DNA from: Eubacteriales bacterium | Lineage (GTDB): Bacteria; Bacillota; Clostridia; Oscillospirales; SIG627 | Direction of reading: 5' to 3' | Length of the DNA stretch: 64,000 nucleotides | Assembly: GCA_045543495.1 (NCBI GenBank) | Contig: JAZQMO010000019.1 | Location: 17,056-81,055, forward strand | Shown: one piece after another, positions 42,613 to 51,041 of the stretch | Layout: each line of letters opens with the position of its first letter | How positions within the stretch are numbered: the stretch's first letter is position 1 | Made by a program: the position numbers and the translations under genes | The notes under the pieces: generated by a model | Databases searched by the model: none | Seen by the model: the letters and a program-made list of their open reading frames with translations, nothing else | What the model was told of the DNA's origin: nothing

Positions 42613-43709
42613 TTTGTCTCCTTATTTTTGTTCTTCTTTTGAGGGAATACAAGGTATTTCTGAATCAAAAAGCTGATGGGGAAGCAAATGGTCTGCGCCA
42701 GAATCAGAGAGAGCACCTCGTGGAAGCCAAAATGAATGAGAAACAGGGTGTTGATCTCGTGATTGCCGAAGAAAATAGCCACCACCAAGAGAGCGTACAG
42801 GAAAAGGGTCTTGACGGGGTTTTCCGAGCTGTGAAAGACCACCTTGCGATTGATCATATAATTGGCCAAGGACGAAAGAGCCCTTGCGCACAAAAGGGAG
42901 GCGAAGGCCACCGTTTCAAGCCCCGCAAACAAATGGGGGAAGACCAAATTGAACAGGAGAGCATACCCTCCCACATCAATGCCGAAGGCCAACAGGGAGG
43001 AAAACAGGAAGGAGGCGATCTGATAGAGCTTACCGGAGGCGTTGCGGATCAGAATGCTGTAAACCCGCATGGCATCCTTCAAGGGGTTGAAATGGCTGGA
43101 TTTGTTTTCCTCGATATAGACGGTCTCGATCTCGATCTGCCGCAGCGGAAGGTGATCCCGTGCCGCATTGCAGAGGATCTGCATTTCATATTCGTACCGA
43201 TCGGCCGCAACCTCAAGCATACGGGGAATGAGGCTGCCGTGAAAGGCGCGAAGGCCCGTCTGCGTGTCATACACCATAGTGCCCATAAGAAAATAGAAAG
43301 TCCAGCGGGACACGGTATTGCCGAAGCGACTGCGGAAGGGCACGTTCCCTTGGAAGGAGCGGCCGCCGATCACCAGAGAGTCGGGGTGCGCCTCGGCCTC
43401 CTCGAGACAGCGCACAATGTCCTTGGGAAGGTGCTGACCGTCGGCATCGGCGGTGCAGATGATCTCGTTTTCTCCGCCGTTTTCCCAAAGGTAGCGAAAG
43501 GCGGTTTTCATAGCGGCGCCCTTGCCACGGTTTTCGGGGTGACAAATCAGGGTGCAGCCAAGGGCTTTGACCTGATGAAAAACCTCATCGTAGGCTGCGC
43601 CGGAGCCGTCGTTCACCACGAGAAGGGTGGCATCGGTGATCTCTTTGAGCTGCCCGATGAGACCGAGAAGCTTCTCGTCCGGTTTGTATGCGGGAATGAC
43701 GATGGTCAT
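42609..43709 (-). CDS. Family-2 glycosyltransferase fused to a GtrA-like membrane domain
   Basis: ORF 42609..43814; ATG 43709 (MTIVIPAYKPDE). GT2 DxD region VVNDGSG...TADADGQH. C-terminal 4-TM GtrA-like domain. Confidence 0.75.
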   Translation of the reverse strand: MTIVIPAYKPDEKLLGLIGQLKEITDATLLVVNDGSGAAYDEVFHQVKALGCTLICHPENRGKGAAMKTAFRYLWENGGENEIICTADADGQHLPKDIVRCLEEAEAHPDSLVIGGRSFQGNVPFRSRFGNTVSRWTFYFLMGTMVYDTQTGLRAFHGSLIPRMLEVAADRYEYEMQILCNAARDHLPLRQIEIETVYIEENKSSHFNPLKDAMRVYSILIRNASGKLYQIASFLFSSLLAFGIDVGGYALLFNLVFPHLFAGLETVAFASLLCARALSSLANYMINRKVVFHSSENPVKTLFLYALLVVAIFFGNHEINTLFLIHFGFHEVLSLILAQTICFPISFLIQKYLVFPQKKNKNKETK

Positions 43710-43870
43710 AGTGCTTCCTTTCTGCCGCCTCTCGGGAAAAAGAGGGGAGAGCGTGTTTGTTTTTACAGATAATCTATTGTACCAAAATGGATCGGATTTT
43801 GCAATACCCTCCACCCCTCAAAAGGGGAAAAACTTTTCAAATACGAACGTCGTCACCTCCTTTCGCAAAA

Positions 43871-43925
43871 TTACGAACGAAATTTCGTAAAAACCGTTGA
43901 CAATTACGAAATTTCGTGATATAAT
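43871..43925 (+). promoter_or_regulatory. Consensus extended -10 sigma-A promoter with two ACGAAATTTCGT operator palindromes
   Basis: TTGACA (43897-43902), 17-nt spacer, TGaTATAAT (43917-43925). The 12-bp palindrome ACGAAATTTCGT occurs at 43877-43888 and again at 43906-43917 inside the spacer. A third TTACGAA half-site lies at 43946-43952. Confidence 0.7.
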
Positions 43926-43965
43926 CCGATCAAGCAATGAGAAAGTTACGAAAAAAGGAGCAATT

Positions 43966-44187
43966 ATGCAGTTTCAGTATGACAAAGAAAAGGAGGAGGC
44001 CATCCTGATCGCCAAGGAAAAGGTTGCGGAAGCGGTGGATGTGCTGGAGGAAGCGCTGCCGGATACGGCAGAGGAATTGAATTGGATCCGCAGTCAGCTT
44101 TTGCAGGAGCTGATGCGTTTGCAAAACAAAATGGCCCTTCGGGCCGACGGGGAAATCCCCGCAGGAGAGTGCTATTATGACCTTTGA
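43966..44187 (+). CDS. Small hypothetical helical protein
   Basis: ORF 43897..44187. ATG 43966 follows an AAAGGAG SD. 73 aa, no family recognised. Overlaps the next gene by 11 nt. Confidence 0.45.
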   Translation: MQFQYDKEKEEAILIAKEKVAEAVDVLEEALPDTAEELNWIRSQLLQELMRLQNKMALRADGEIPAGECYYDL

Positions 44188-44725
44188 GGAATATTTGGTT
44201 CGGTTTCGGCTTTTGCAGCACGCCTTAGAAAAGGACGGGCGAACCCTTGCCCTGATGCAAAAAAATACCTACCGTCAGTTTTACTCCCGCTTTGCCGATT
44301 CGGGAGAAGAGAGTCTGTCTCGGCTGGTGATATCGGAAGGGGAGCTTCGGGAGAGAATGGAGCGAAGAGAGCGCCTGTGCCGGCGATACGCCCTGCGCCT
44401 TGCCCGTGCCATTGATCGGATCCGAGTGCCCGAGTGGAAGGAATACGCCACCTTTCACTATCTGTACGGCTTGACCCACGAGGAGATCGCAGAGTCCAGC
44501 TTTTACAGCGTGAGAACCGTGTACCGCCACGGCAAAAAGGCCAAAAAGGCCATGGAGGAGGCCATGCGTGAGGTGGGCCCCAAGATCCGAAGGATCCCGC
44601 CCAATCGCTTCCGTGCGGGAGCAAGGCTTCGGAGAAAAAGCTATGAGGCGGATCGGGTCTCCCGCAGCATCGCCACCCTGACGGCACGGCAGAAAAGCCG
44701 CCCCTATCGCCCCGTTTACGCATAA
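44177..44725 (+). CDS. Sigma-70 region-4-like HTH protein (ArpU/RinA/DUF1492-like phage late-regulator type)
   Basis: 182 aa. YLYGLTHEEIAESSFYSVRTVYRHGKKAKKAME is a region 4.2-type HTH. Basic C-terminal tail. Confidence 0.5.
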   Translation: MTFEEYLVRFRLLQHALEKDGRTLALMQKNTYRQFYSRFADSGEESLSRLVISEGELRERMERRERLCRRYALRLARAIDRIRVPEWKEYATFHYLYGLTHEEIAESSFYSVRTVYRHGKKAKKAMEEAMREVGPKIRRIPPNRFRAGARLRRKSYEADRVSRSIATLTARQKSRPYRPVYA

Positions 44726-44726
44726 A

Positions 44727-44764
44727 AAAGAAAAAAGCAACGGATAAACCGTTGCTTTTTTGAT
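44727..44764. terminator. Bidirectional terminator
   Basis: AGCAACGG(44736-44743)/CCGTTGCT(44749-44756), with an A-run before and a T-run after. Lies between convergent genes. Confidence 0.7.
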
Positions 44765-44773
44765 CCAACTAAA

Positions 44774-45052
44774 TTAGTTGTTTTCCTTCATTGCTGCGAA
44801 GCAATCGCTGCAATAAACAGGGCGATCGCTGGTGGGCTGGAAGGGAACCTTAGCTTCCTTGCCGCAGTTTGCGCAGGTCGTAGTGAAATACTCTCTTGCC
44901 TGTCTGGAAGCGTTCTTCTTTGCGTCTCTGCAGGGCTTGCATCTCTGGGGTTCGTTCTGGAAACCTTTCTCGGCGTAGAATTCCTGTTCACCTGCGGTGA
45001 ATACGAATTCGTTGCCACAATCCTTGCATACCAGTGTCTTGTCTTCGTACAT
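44774..45052 (-). CDS. Zinc-ribbon protein (zf-trcl-like, CxxC x4)
   Basis: 92 aa. CKDCGNEF...CKPCRD and CANCGKE...CSDCF. Confidence 0.65.
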   Translation of the reverse strand: MYEDKTLVCKDCGNEFVFTAGEQEFYAEKGFQNEPQRCKPCRDAKKNASRQAREYFTTTCANCGKEAKVPFQPTSDRPVYCSDCFAAMKENN

Positions 45053-45162
45053 TTGCCATACCTCTACATTTTTTTATTATTGCCCAGAACGGACTTGCAC
45101 CGTCACCCTTTTAGATCGTTGCCGATCAAAACGCTCTGCTTTAAGCTACACGGGCATATTGA

Positions 45163-45732
45163 CTAATTTTGAGCGGAATAAAGCTTCTTCCGCAAACGGT
45201 AGAGCGTGTTTTCCACGCTTTTTTTATCCTTTGCCACAAGCCTTGCGATCTCCTCACACCTCTTGCCCTGAAGCTTCAAGCCGAAAATACGGCGCTCCAT
45301 AGGGGAGAGCGTTTCTTCCACCTGCTGCATCAGGCGGGCCAATTCCTCCTTGCCCATCAGGATCCTGTCGGGACTGAGATGGTCGGGAGCGGAGACCTCC
45401 TCCTCCATTTCCTCCAGAGAGGGGAGAGGGGTGGCACTGCCGCATTTTCTGACGCCGTCCAAAACGGCGGAGCGCATACAAATGCGGGCAAAGGTGGCAA
45501 AAGAAGAAAGGGCGGGGTCAAAGAGCCTTGCGGCCTTATAAAGACCGATGAGACCCTCCTGCACAAGATCCTCCCGATCGGCATCAGACACCGTAAAGCG
45601 GGAGACCATAGCACCGAGAGCGGGCAGAAAATGCTCCGCCAAACGGGAAAAAGCCTCTTCGTCGCCGTGCCCCGCCAACAGGGCCAGCTCACAAAGATCG
45701 GTGGTGCTCTCGTTCATAGGTACCTCTTTCAT
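45163..45732 (-). CDS. RNA polymerase sigma factor, sigma-70 family
   Basis: 189 aa. Region-2-like DLVQEGLIGLYKAARLFD...FATFARICMRSAVLD and region-4 HTH CEEIARLVAKDKKSVENTLYRLRKKL. The exact start (45732 or 45717) is uncertain. Confidence 0.75.
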   Translation of the reverse strand: MKEVPMNESTTDLCELALLAGHGDEEAFSRLAEHFLPALGAMVSRFTVSDADREDLVQEGLIGLYKAARLFDPALSSFATFARICMRSAVLDGVRKCGSATPLPSLEEMEEEVSAPDHLSPDRILMGKEELARLMQQVEETLSPMERRIFGLKLQGKRCEEIARLVAKDKKSVENTLYRLRKKLYSAQN

Positions 45733-45930
45733 AGTTCTACCTAAAATGCATTATAGCATCTAATAAAAATTATGTCAAGTGTTTTAATAAAAATAAACAA
45801 AAATGAAACATTTTTTTGTAGAAATTCTTACGTTTCGTCAAAAAATACACAATCTCACACAAAACTCTGTTGCACCCGAGGGAGTGCTGTGCTACAATAA
45901 GGTACAAAAAAGAGTAAAAGGAGAATTGTT

Positions 45931-46236
45931 ATGATTCGTCACATCGTACTGTTTCGCTTCAAGGAAAGCGCCGAAGGAAGAAGCAAGGCGGAAAACGTTC
46001 GCTTGACCCGTGAAATGCTTGCCGCCCTGCCTAAAAAAATTGACCTGATCCTCCACAGCGAGACCCATATCAACGCCGAGGGCACCAATCCCGAAAATGC
46101 GGATCTGATCCTCATTTCCGATTTTGCCGATCAGGCGGCGCTGGATGCCTACATCGTTCATCCCGATCACAAGGCCGTGGGCGCCTTTATGGGGCCCCTT
46201 CGTGAGGGAAGAAGCTCCATTGACCTTATCGTATAA
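45931..46236 (+). CDS. Dabb (stress-responsive alpha/beta barrel) family protein
   Basis: 101 aa. MIRHIVLFRFKE...YIVHPDHKAV is typical of Dabb domains. Preceded by TTGCAC-17-TACAAT. Confidence 0.7.
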   Translation: MIRHIVLFRFKESAEGRSKAENVRLTREMLAALPKKIDLILHSETHINAEGTNPENADLILISDFADQAALDAYIVHPDHKAVGAFMGPLREGRSSIDLIV

Positions 46237-47659
46237 CCTTGGTTAAAACGGCGTGAACGGCAAAGCGCTGTTCCGATTCGCTTTGGTTATCCATACAGGT
46301 GGACAGGGTGATGATCTGACTGTCCTTGGTGAACTGTGCATTGGTTTGGAAAATGGAAATGAAGGCCATTTGCTGACAAAAGTCCAAAAAGTCCTCATCG
46401 GAAACAAAATCCGTTTCAAAGTAATTGTCAAAGGCGTTGGATTCGTGCACCGAGAAGGGGGTGTAAATGAAAACACCCTCGCTGGTGGCGATCTGAATGG
46501 TGGTTTTGTAGAACATGGTGGAGCTGGCAAAATCGTGAATGGAGGCAAACATACTGCCGTCGGTCATATTGTGCCCGTAAATGACGGTGTTGCGGTTTTC
46601 CGTCAGGTTGGGAGAATTTCTTTCATCAATATATATAGTGCCGCTGGAAAGCTTCTTTCCGTAGAAGTCCCGCCTGAGGTAATAATTCTTGGTGGCAGAC
46701 CATACCACGGGGTAGTTGACCACGGTGCCGTCAATGGTGATCCAGCCTGCCGTATCGGGATTGATCTTTTTCAGCTGAGCGATCTTGTTAACGAGAGTCT
46801 CCTGCTCCTCAGAGAAGGTGCCCGAAATTTCCGTTTCCTCTCCCGTTTTGCCCGCCAGAATGTCCGCAGGGGTCAAAACCTTTTGGGAAAGCTGAGCCTT
46901 TTTCAGGTATTCCTCGGCAAAGCGATCCTTTTCGCTGACCATTTCCTGCAGCCCCGAATAGATCACATAGGAGCGGTAATATTCAAAAAGCTTCCCGAAA
47001 ACGAACCAGCCCGCCAAAAGAAAGCCGAAAATGCACACGAACAGAACGCCGTAGCGCGCATAATCAGCCCCCGTCAGGGCTCTTTTCGGGGCCTTTTCGG
47101 GGTCGGTATACACCCCGTACATGCCATCGAGAGATTTCAGGATCTCGCTTTCCTTGTTTGGGAGAGCGGGGTCCTTTTCTTGTGCGGGTGTCTCCTTCTT
47201 CGGCGGGGTGTGCGCAATGTCACGCCGTGCCCGCATCGGTCTTTTCACCCTCGGCACGGGGGCTTTTTCTCCGTGGCCCTCCTGCCCTTCGGGCTTCTTT
47301 TCGGCCTCGGGGGCTTTTTGCTCTGCCCCTTTTTTCTTTGCTTCGGCAAGGGCCTTCTTTTTTTTCGCTTCTTCTATCTTTTGAAGGAATGCCTTGACCG
47401 CCTCCTGCAGCTCTTTTTTTGCTTCGGTGAGGGCGGCCTTCGCCTTTTTCAGCCGATCCTTTTTTTCTTTCGGGGGGAGGGAAGGTGCCTCATCCGAGGG
47501 CTTTTGGGGCGTTGGTGCCTTGTTTTCTGCCTTTTTTTCTTGTTTTTCGGATTTCTCTTTTCTTTCGGACTCTCGGGAGGTGCTTTTCTGTTCCATTTCG
47601 CCCAAAAAGAAATCACTGCGGTAGGAATCGTCATCGTATTCTTTTCTGTTGCCGAACAT
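46226..47659 (-). CDS. srtB: Class B sortase with long low-complexity N-terminal extension
   Basis: ORF 46226..47794. ATG 47659 follows an AAGGAGG SD. SrtB core NPDTAGWITIDGTVVNYPVV...TVIYGHNMTDGSMFA...ITLSTC...RFAVHA. Preceded by ~240 aa of K/E/A/P-rich sequence and one TM segment. Confidence 0.8.
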   Translation of the reverse strand: MFGNRKEYDDDSYRSDFFLGEMEQKSTSRESERKEKSEKQEKKAENKAPTPQKPSDEAPSLPPKEKKDRLKKAKAALTEAKKELQEAVKAFLQKIEEAKKKKALAEAKKKGAEQKAPEAEKKPEGQEGHGEKAPVPRVKRPMRARRDIAHTPPKKETPAQEKDPALPNKESEILKSLDGMYGVYTDPEKAPKRALTGADYARYGVLFVCIFGFLLAGWFVFGKLFEYYRSYVIYSGLQEMVSEKDRFAEEYLKKAQLSQKVLTPADILAGKTGEETEISGTFSEEQETLVNKIAQLKKINPDTAGWITIDGTVVNYPVVWSATKNYYLRRDFYGKKLSSGTIYIDERNSPNLTENRNTVIYGHNMTDGSMFASIHDFASSTMFYKTTIQIATSEGVFIYTPFSVHESNAFDNYFETDFVSDEDFLDFCQQMAFISIFQTNAQFTKDSQIITLSTCMDNQSESEQRFAVHAVLTKVIR

Positions 47660-47673
47660 ACAGCCTCCTTGCT

Positions 47674-49938
47674 TTATTTCCAAAATTGGGCAAGAGCCCG
47701 TTTTAAGTCTGCATCCCGTTCCAAAAGAACGGCTTCCTCCCAGCTTTCGGGGAACAGCTCCTTGATATCCTCCCCACGGTAGCGGGCATCGCACAGGAGG
47801 AGAACACCCCGATCCTCCTCGTCTCGGATCACTCGGCCCGCCGCCTGAAGCACTCGGCTCCAGCCGGGCAGGGTATAGGCAAAGCTTTTGCCGTCCATCT
47901 CCCGCTTGTAATAGGCGGCGCTTTCCGCCTCTGCCTCGGGGCTTGGCGGGGGGAAGCCCGTTCCCACCAGGATCTCGCCCAAAAGGGAGTCTCCCTTCAG
48001 GTCCACACCCTCGGAGAAGATGCCGCCCAAAACGCAGAACCCAATGAGGGTTCCTTTTTTTGTTTCTTCAAAGGTGCGCAAAAATTCCACTCGCTCTTTT
48101 TGGTTCATCACCCGCTTCTGGATCAGGACCCGATGGTCGAAGAAGCGGCGCTTGTATTCCTGTGATACCAGATTCAGGTAATCGAAGGAGGGGAGAAAGA
48201 CCATATAATGCCCTTCCTTGGCAGATACGGCGCTGTGAATGATACTGCAAAGCTGACCGGCGGTGGTGGCACGGTTGGAATAGGAAACATCCACGGGGCA
48301 AATGCCCACAAAAAGATTGTCCTTGGGAAAGGGGGAGGAGAGGGTGAGAAAATCGTCACACTCTCTGCCGCCCAGCTGTTGAAAATAGTATTCCTCCGGT
48401 TGAAGGGTGGCGGAGAAGAAGAGGGTGGAGCGGAACTGCTCCGTGGCCTCCAGGATCTTGTCTCTGGGATCCACCAGATAGATCTTCACCCCGCCCGAGG
48501 GGGGGAATACCGTGGCAAAATGATCGTCGTACAGTTTGGCCAAGGCGCAGAATTTTTTCAGCTTGGAAAAAAGCTCCTTCAGCCTCTTTTCAAAGGCCTC
48601 GTCCATTTCGCCCCAGCCGCCGTGGAGCGCAAAGCCAAGCTTTGGAGCAAGGGCCTTGGCACTCTCTGCCACCTCGGCGGGCACGGTGAGGGAAAAATAT
48701 TCTTTTTTCTCGTTTCGCTCCTTGTCAATGCGGGCAAAATGCCCCGTCAGAGCCGAAAGATGCTCCCGCAGAGCAAGGGCGGTGTGACCGTTGTCACGGA
48801 AGAGAAAATCAAGATCCGAGGGAGCAAGACACTCCGTGTAGCTCTCCCGAATACGGGTGGGCAGGTTGTGGGCCTCGTCCACCAGACAAACCGTTTCCCT
48901 GTCGGGAGAAATGACCCTGCGCTTGGGATCGAAAATGTGATTGTAATCCCCGATGATCACCTGACAGAAGTCGGCGTATTTTAAGGCCAATTCAAAGGGG
49001 CAGAGACCAAAGCTCTCGGCGGCGGCCGAAAGCTCCTTTGCGCTGACACAGGGGAAGGCCGAAAGGTAAGAAAGGGCATCGGAAAGCTTTTCGCCAAACA
49101 GCTCCCTTCGGGGGCAGTCCCGCATCAGGCACTCGGTGTTGTGAGAGGGGCACAGGCTCATTTTGGCACTGAGGATCAAAGTTCTCAGTCCTCTGACCTT
49201 TTGCAGATCCTCCACGGCGGCGGCGGCCTGAAGCTTCAGAGGGTTTTTGGGCGAGGCGTAAAAAATACGCTTGGCCTTTCCCGTTTCCAATGCCTTCAGA
49301 GCAGGGTAGAGCACCGCCAAGGTCTTGCCGATGCCCGTGGGGGCACAGGCGAACAGCTTGGATTCGGCCTTAATGGCACCCCAAGCGGCACGGATGAGAT
49401 CCTTTTGCCCGTCCCGCAGAGCCTTGTGGGGGAATTCAATGACGGACTCCGCCTTTTTCCAAAGGGGAGCCAAGGAGAGGATCTTCTGTATGTAGGGGGT
49501 CAGGGAAGCGGAAAGCGCTGCTTTTTCCATCACGGCGGTTTGGGTCTCCACTCGCCCCTGAAAGAAAAAGGAGAGACGGATCCGGATCCGATCAAGAGCC
49601 TTGGTGTTGCACAGAGCCAAGGCAAGAAATCTTGCCCGCAAAAGCCCCCGCTCCTGCCAGGCGGCGCATTCTCCCGCCGATTGGGTGAGGATCTCCTCCT
49701 CCACGGCGTAAAAGTCATGTTCGATGTGAACGGCATCGGCCACGCCCCGCAGGCGGATCTCATCCTCCCCGCTTTTCAGCGTCAGAGTAAGGGGAGTGTC
49801 GGGATAACGGGCCGCTTCCGTACCGAACAGCTCTTTTCGCTCCTCGGCCGAGGGACACTTCTTTTGCTTTTCGTCTCCCGGGGCAAAGGGCATAATAAGA
49901 TCCAGCACGTCATCCAAATTCAAGGGGTACTGTGTCAC
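47674..49938 (-). CDS. DinG/XPD(Rad3)-family ATP-dependent DNA helicase
   Basis: ORF 47674..50052. Likely GTG 49938 after a GAGGAGGA SD (alternative ATG 49893). Walker A APTGIGKT, DEAH box VDEAHNL, a four-Cys Fe-S-like insert (CPSHNTECLMRDCP...LCP), and a C-terminal QAAGRVIR motif. Confidence 0.75.
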   Translation of the reverse strand: MTQYPLNLDDVLDLIMPFAPGDEKQKKCPSAEERKELFGTEAARYPDTPLTLTLKSGEDEIRLRGVADAVHIEHDFYAVEEEILTQSAGECAAWQERGLLRARFLALALCNTKALDRIRIRLSFFFQGRVETQTAVMEKAALSASLTPYIQKILSLAPLWKKAESVIEFPHKALRDGQKDLIRAAWGAIKAESKLFACAPTGIGKTLAVLYPALKALETGKAKRIFYASPKNPLKLQAAAAVEDLQKVRGLRTLILSAKMSLCPSHNTECLMRDCPRRELFGEKLSDALSYLSAFPCVSAKELSAAAESFGLCPFELALKYADFCQVIIGDYNHIFDPKRRVISPDRETVCLVDEAHNLPTRIRESYTECLAPSDLDFLFRDNGHTALALREHLSALTGHFARIDKERNEKKEYFSLTVPAEVAESAKALAPKLGFALHGGWGEMDEAFEKRLKELFSKLKKFCALAKLYDDHFATVFPPSGGVKIYLVDPRDKILEATEQFRSTLFFSATLQPEEYYFQQLGGRECDDFLTLSSPFPKDNLFVGICPVDVSYSNRATTAGQLCSIIHSAVSAKEGHYMVFLPSFDYLNLVSQEYKRRFFDHRVLIQKRVMNQKERVEFLRTFEETKKGTLIGFCVLGGIFSEGVDLKGDSLLGEILVGTGFPPPSPEAEAESAAYYKREMDGKSFAYTLPGWSRVLQAAGRVIRDEEDRGVLLLCDARYRGEDIKELFPESWEEAVLLERDADLKRALAQFWK

Positions 49939-50386
49939 AGCCTCGTTCCTCCTCTCTGAAGATCTGCGCCAAGGACAGGGCAAAGCCCATGGCAAGGTTT
50001 TTATACAAATTGAAATTTCGGTCAAAGGGGATCCTGTTTTCAAAGGGGCCAACGACCCTTCCTCCCAGCGTGATCTCCCGCTGAAGGCAGAGCATAGCCC
50101 GCTCCTCTCCGATGCTGGAGAGGGTCACGGCATCCTCCTGCCCCATTCCGCCCGATAGAACCAGCCCCTCCTCGGGGAGGGTGCGGGGCAAAAGAAGCCC
50201 CGAGATCAGGTACAGGTCGGCGGGAGGCAACAGATGCCCCCAAAAGGGCTCCCGATCGGACAGGATCAGATCCTGCCCCGCATCCCGTGCCCTTGTGATC
50301 TGCCTCGGATCCAAGCCCTGTCGGGCAAAAAGCCCCCGCAGTCTTGACTCCATCAGAGGCAGGGATTCCCAAATGCCGATGTTCAT
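49910..50386 (-). CDS. Hypothetical protein
   Basis: ORF 49910..50437; ATG 50386 (MNIGIWESL). No family recognised. Its 3' end overlaps the predicted helicase start. Confidence 0.4.
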   Translation of the reverse strand: MNIGIWESLPLMESRLRGLFARQGLDPRQITRARDAGQDLILSDREPFWGHLLPPADLYLISGLLLPRTLPEEGLVLSGGMGQEDAVTLSSIGEERAMLCLQREITLGGRVVGPFENRIPFDRNFNLYKNLAMGFALSLAQIFREEERGCDTVPLEFG

Positions 50387-50450
50387 ACGATCCCCCCTGC
50401 GATTGTTTTCGTAGGGATAGTATGGCCCGATGGGCAAAAAGCATACGCCG

Positions 50451-51041
50451 TTATTCCTGTTCGGAAATTTCTACGGTCTTTTCAATGAGATTCCAAACGC
50501 TCTCCACTCCTTCCCCCGTCAGGGAAGAAAAGGGGAAAACGGGAGTGGGGAACATTCTCTCCTCCAGCTCCTGTAAATTCTTCTTTTGGTTGGTCTTGTT
50601 TAATTTATCCAGCTTGGTGGCCACGATCACGAAGGGAATGCCCACCTCCCGCAAAAAGGAGATCATCATTTCGTCATCCTTGCTGGGGCCCGTTTTCAGG
50701 TCTATGAGCTGAAGCACCAGCGCCAGATCCTCGTGATCCTGAAAATAGGAATCGGTGAGATTCGACCAAGCCTTCTTTTCCTTTTCACTGCGACGGGCAA
50801 AGCCGTAGCCCGGCAGATCCACCAGATAACAGCGGTTGTCCAAATGGAAAAAGTTGATGGTCACGGTCTTTCCCGGAGAGGAGGATACCCTCGCCAGGCT
50901 CTTTCTTCCCAACAGACGGTTCAGGGCGGAGCTTTTGCCCACGTTGCTTCGGCCCGAAAGGGCGATCTGGCATTTGCCGTCCCGAATGATCTGATCCCGC
51001 CTGCCTGCGGAAATGGTCAGGGTAATGTTGTTTTTGTTCAT
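50451..51041 (-). CDS. engB: Ribosome-biogenesis GTPase EngB/YsxC
   Basis: 196 aa. G1 GRSNVGKSS, G3 DLPGYG, G4 TKLDK. Overlaps the lon stop by 4 nt, matching the lon-ysxC order of Bacillus. Confidence 0.9.
   Translation of the reverse strand: MNKNNITLTISAGRRDQIIRDGKCQIALSGRSNVGKSSALNRLLGRKSLARVSSSPGKTVTINFFHLDNRCYLVDLPGYGFARRSEKEKKAWSNLTDSYFQDHEDLALVLQLIDLKTGPSKDDEMMISFLREVGIPFVIVATKLDKLNKTNQKKNLQELEERMFPTPVFPFSSLTGEGVESVWNLIEKTVEISEQE

Noticed and set aside
47200-47620. Apparent tandem-repeat DNA (AAGAAA/GAAGC-rich).
   Set aside because: It lies in frame within the SrtB N-terminal extension and encodes Lys/Glu-rich low complexity. It is not an intergenic satellite.
46253-47782. 509-aa + strand ORF opposite the SrtB gene, plus several Phe/Ser-rich short ORFs (47121-47706).
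   Set aside because: They are antisense to the sortase gene. The Phe/Leu-rich repeats are simply the complement of the Lys/Glu-rich coding repeats.
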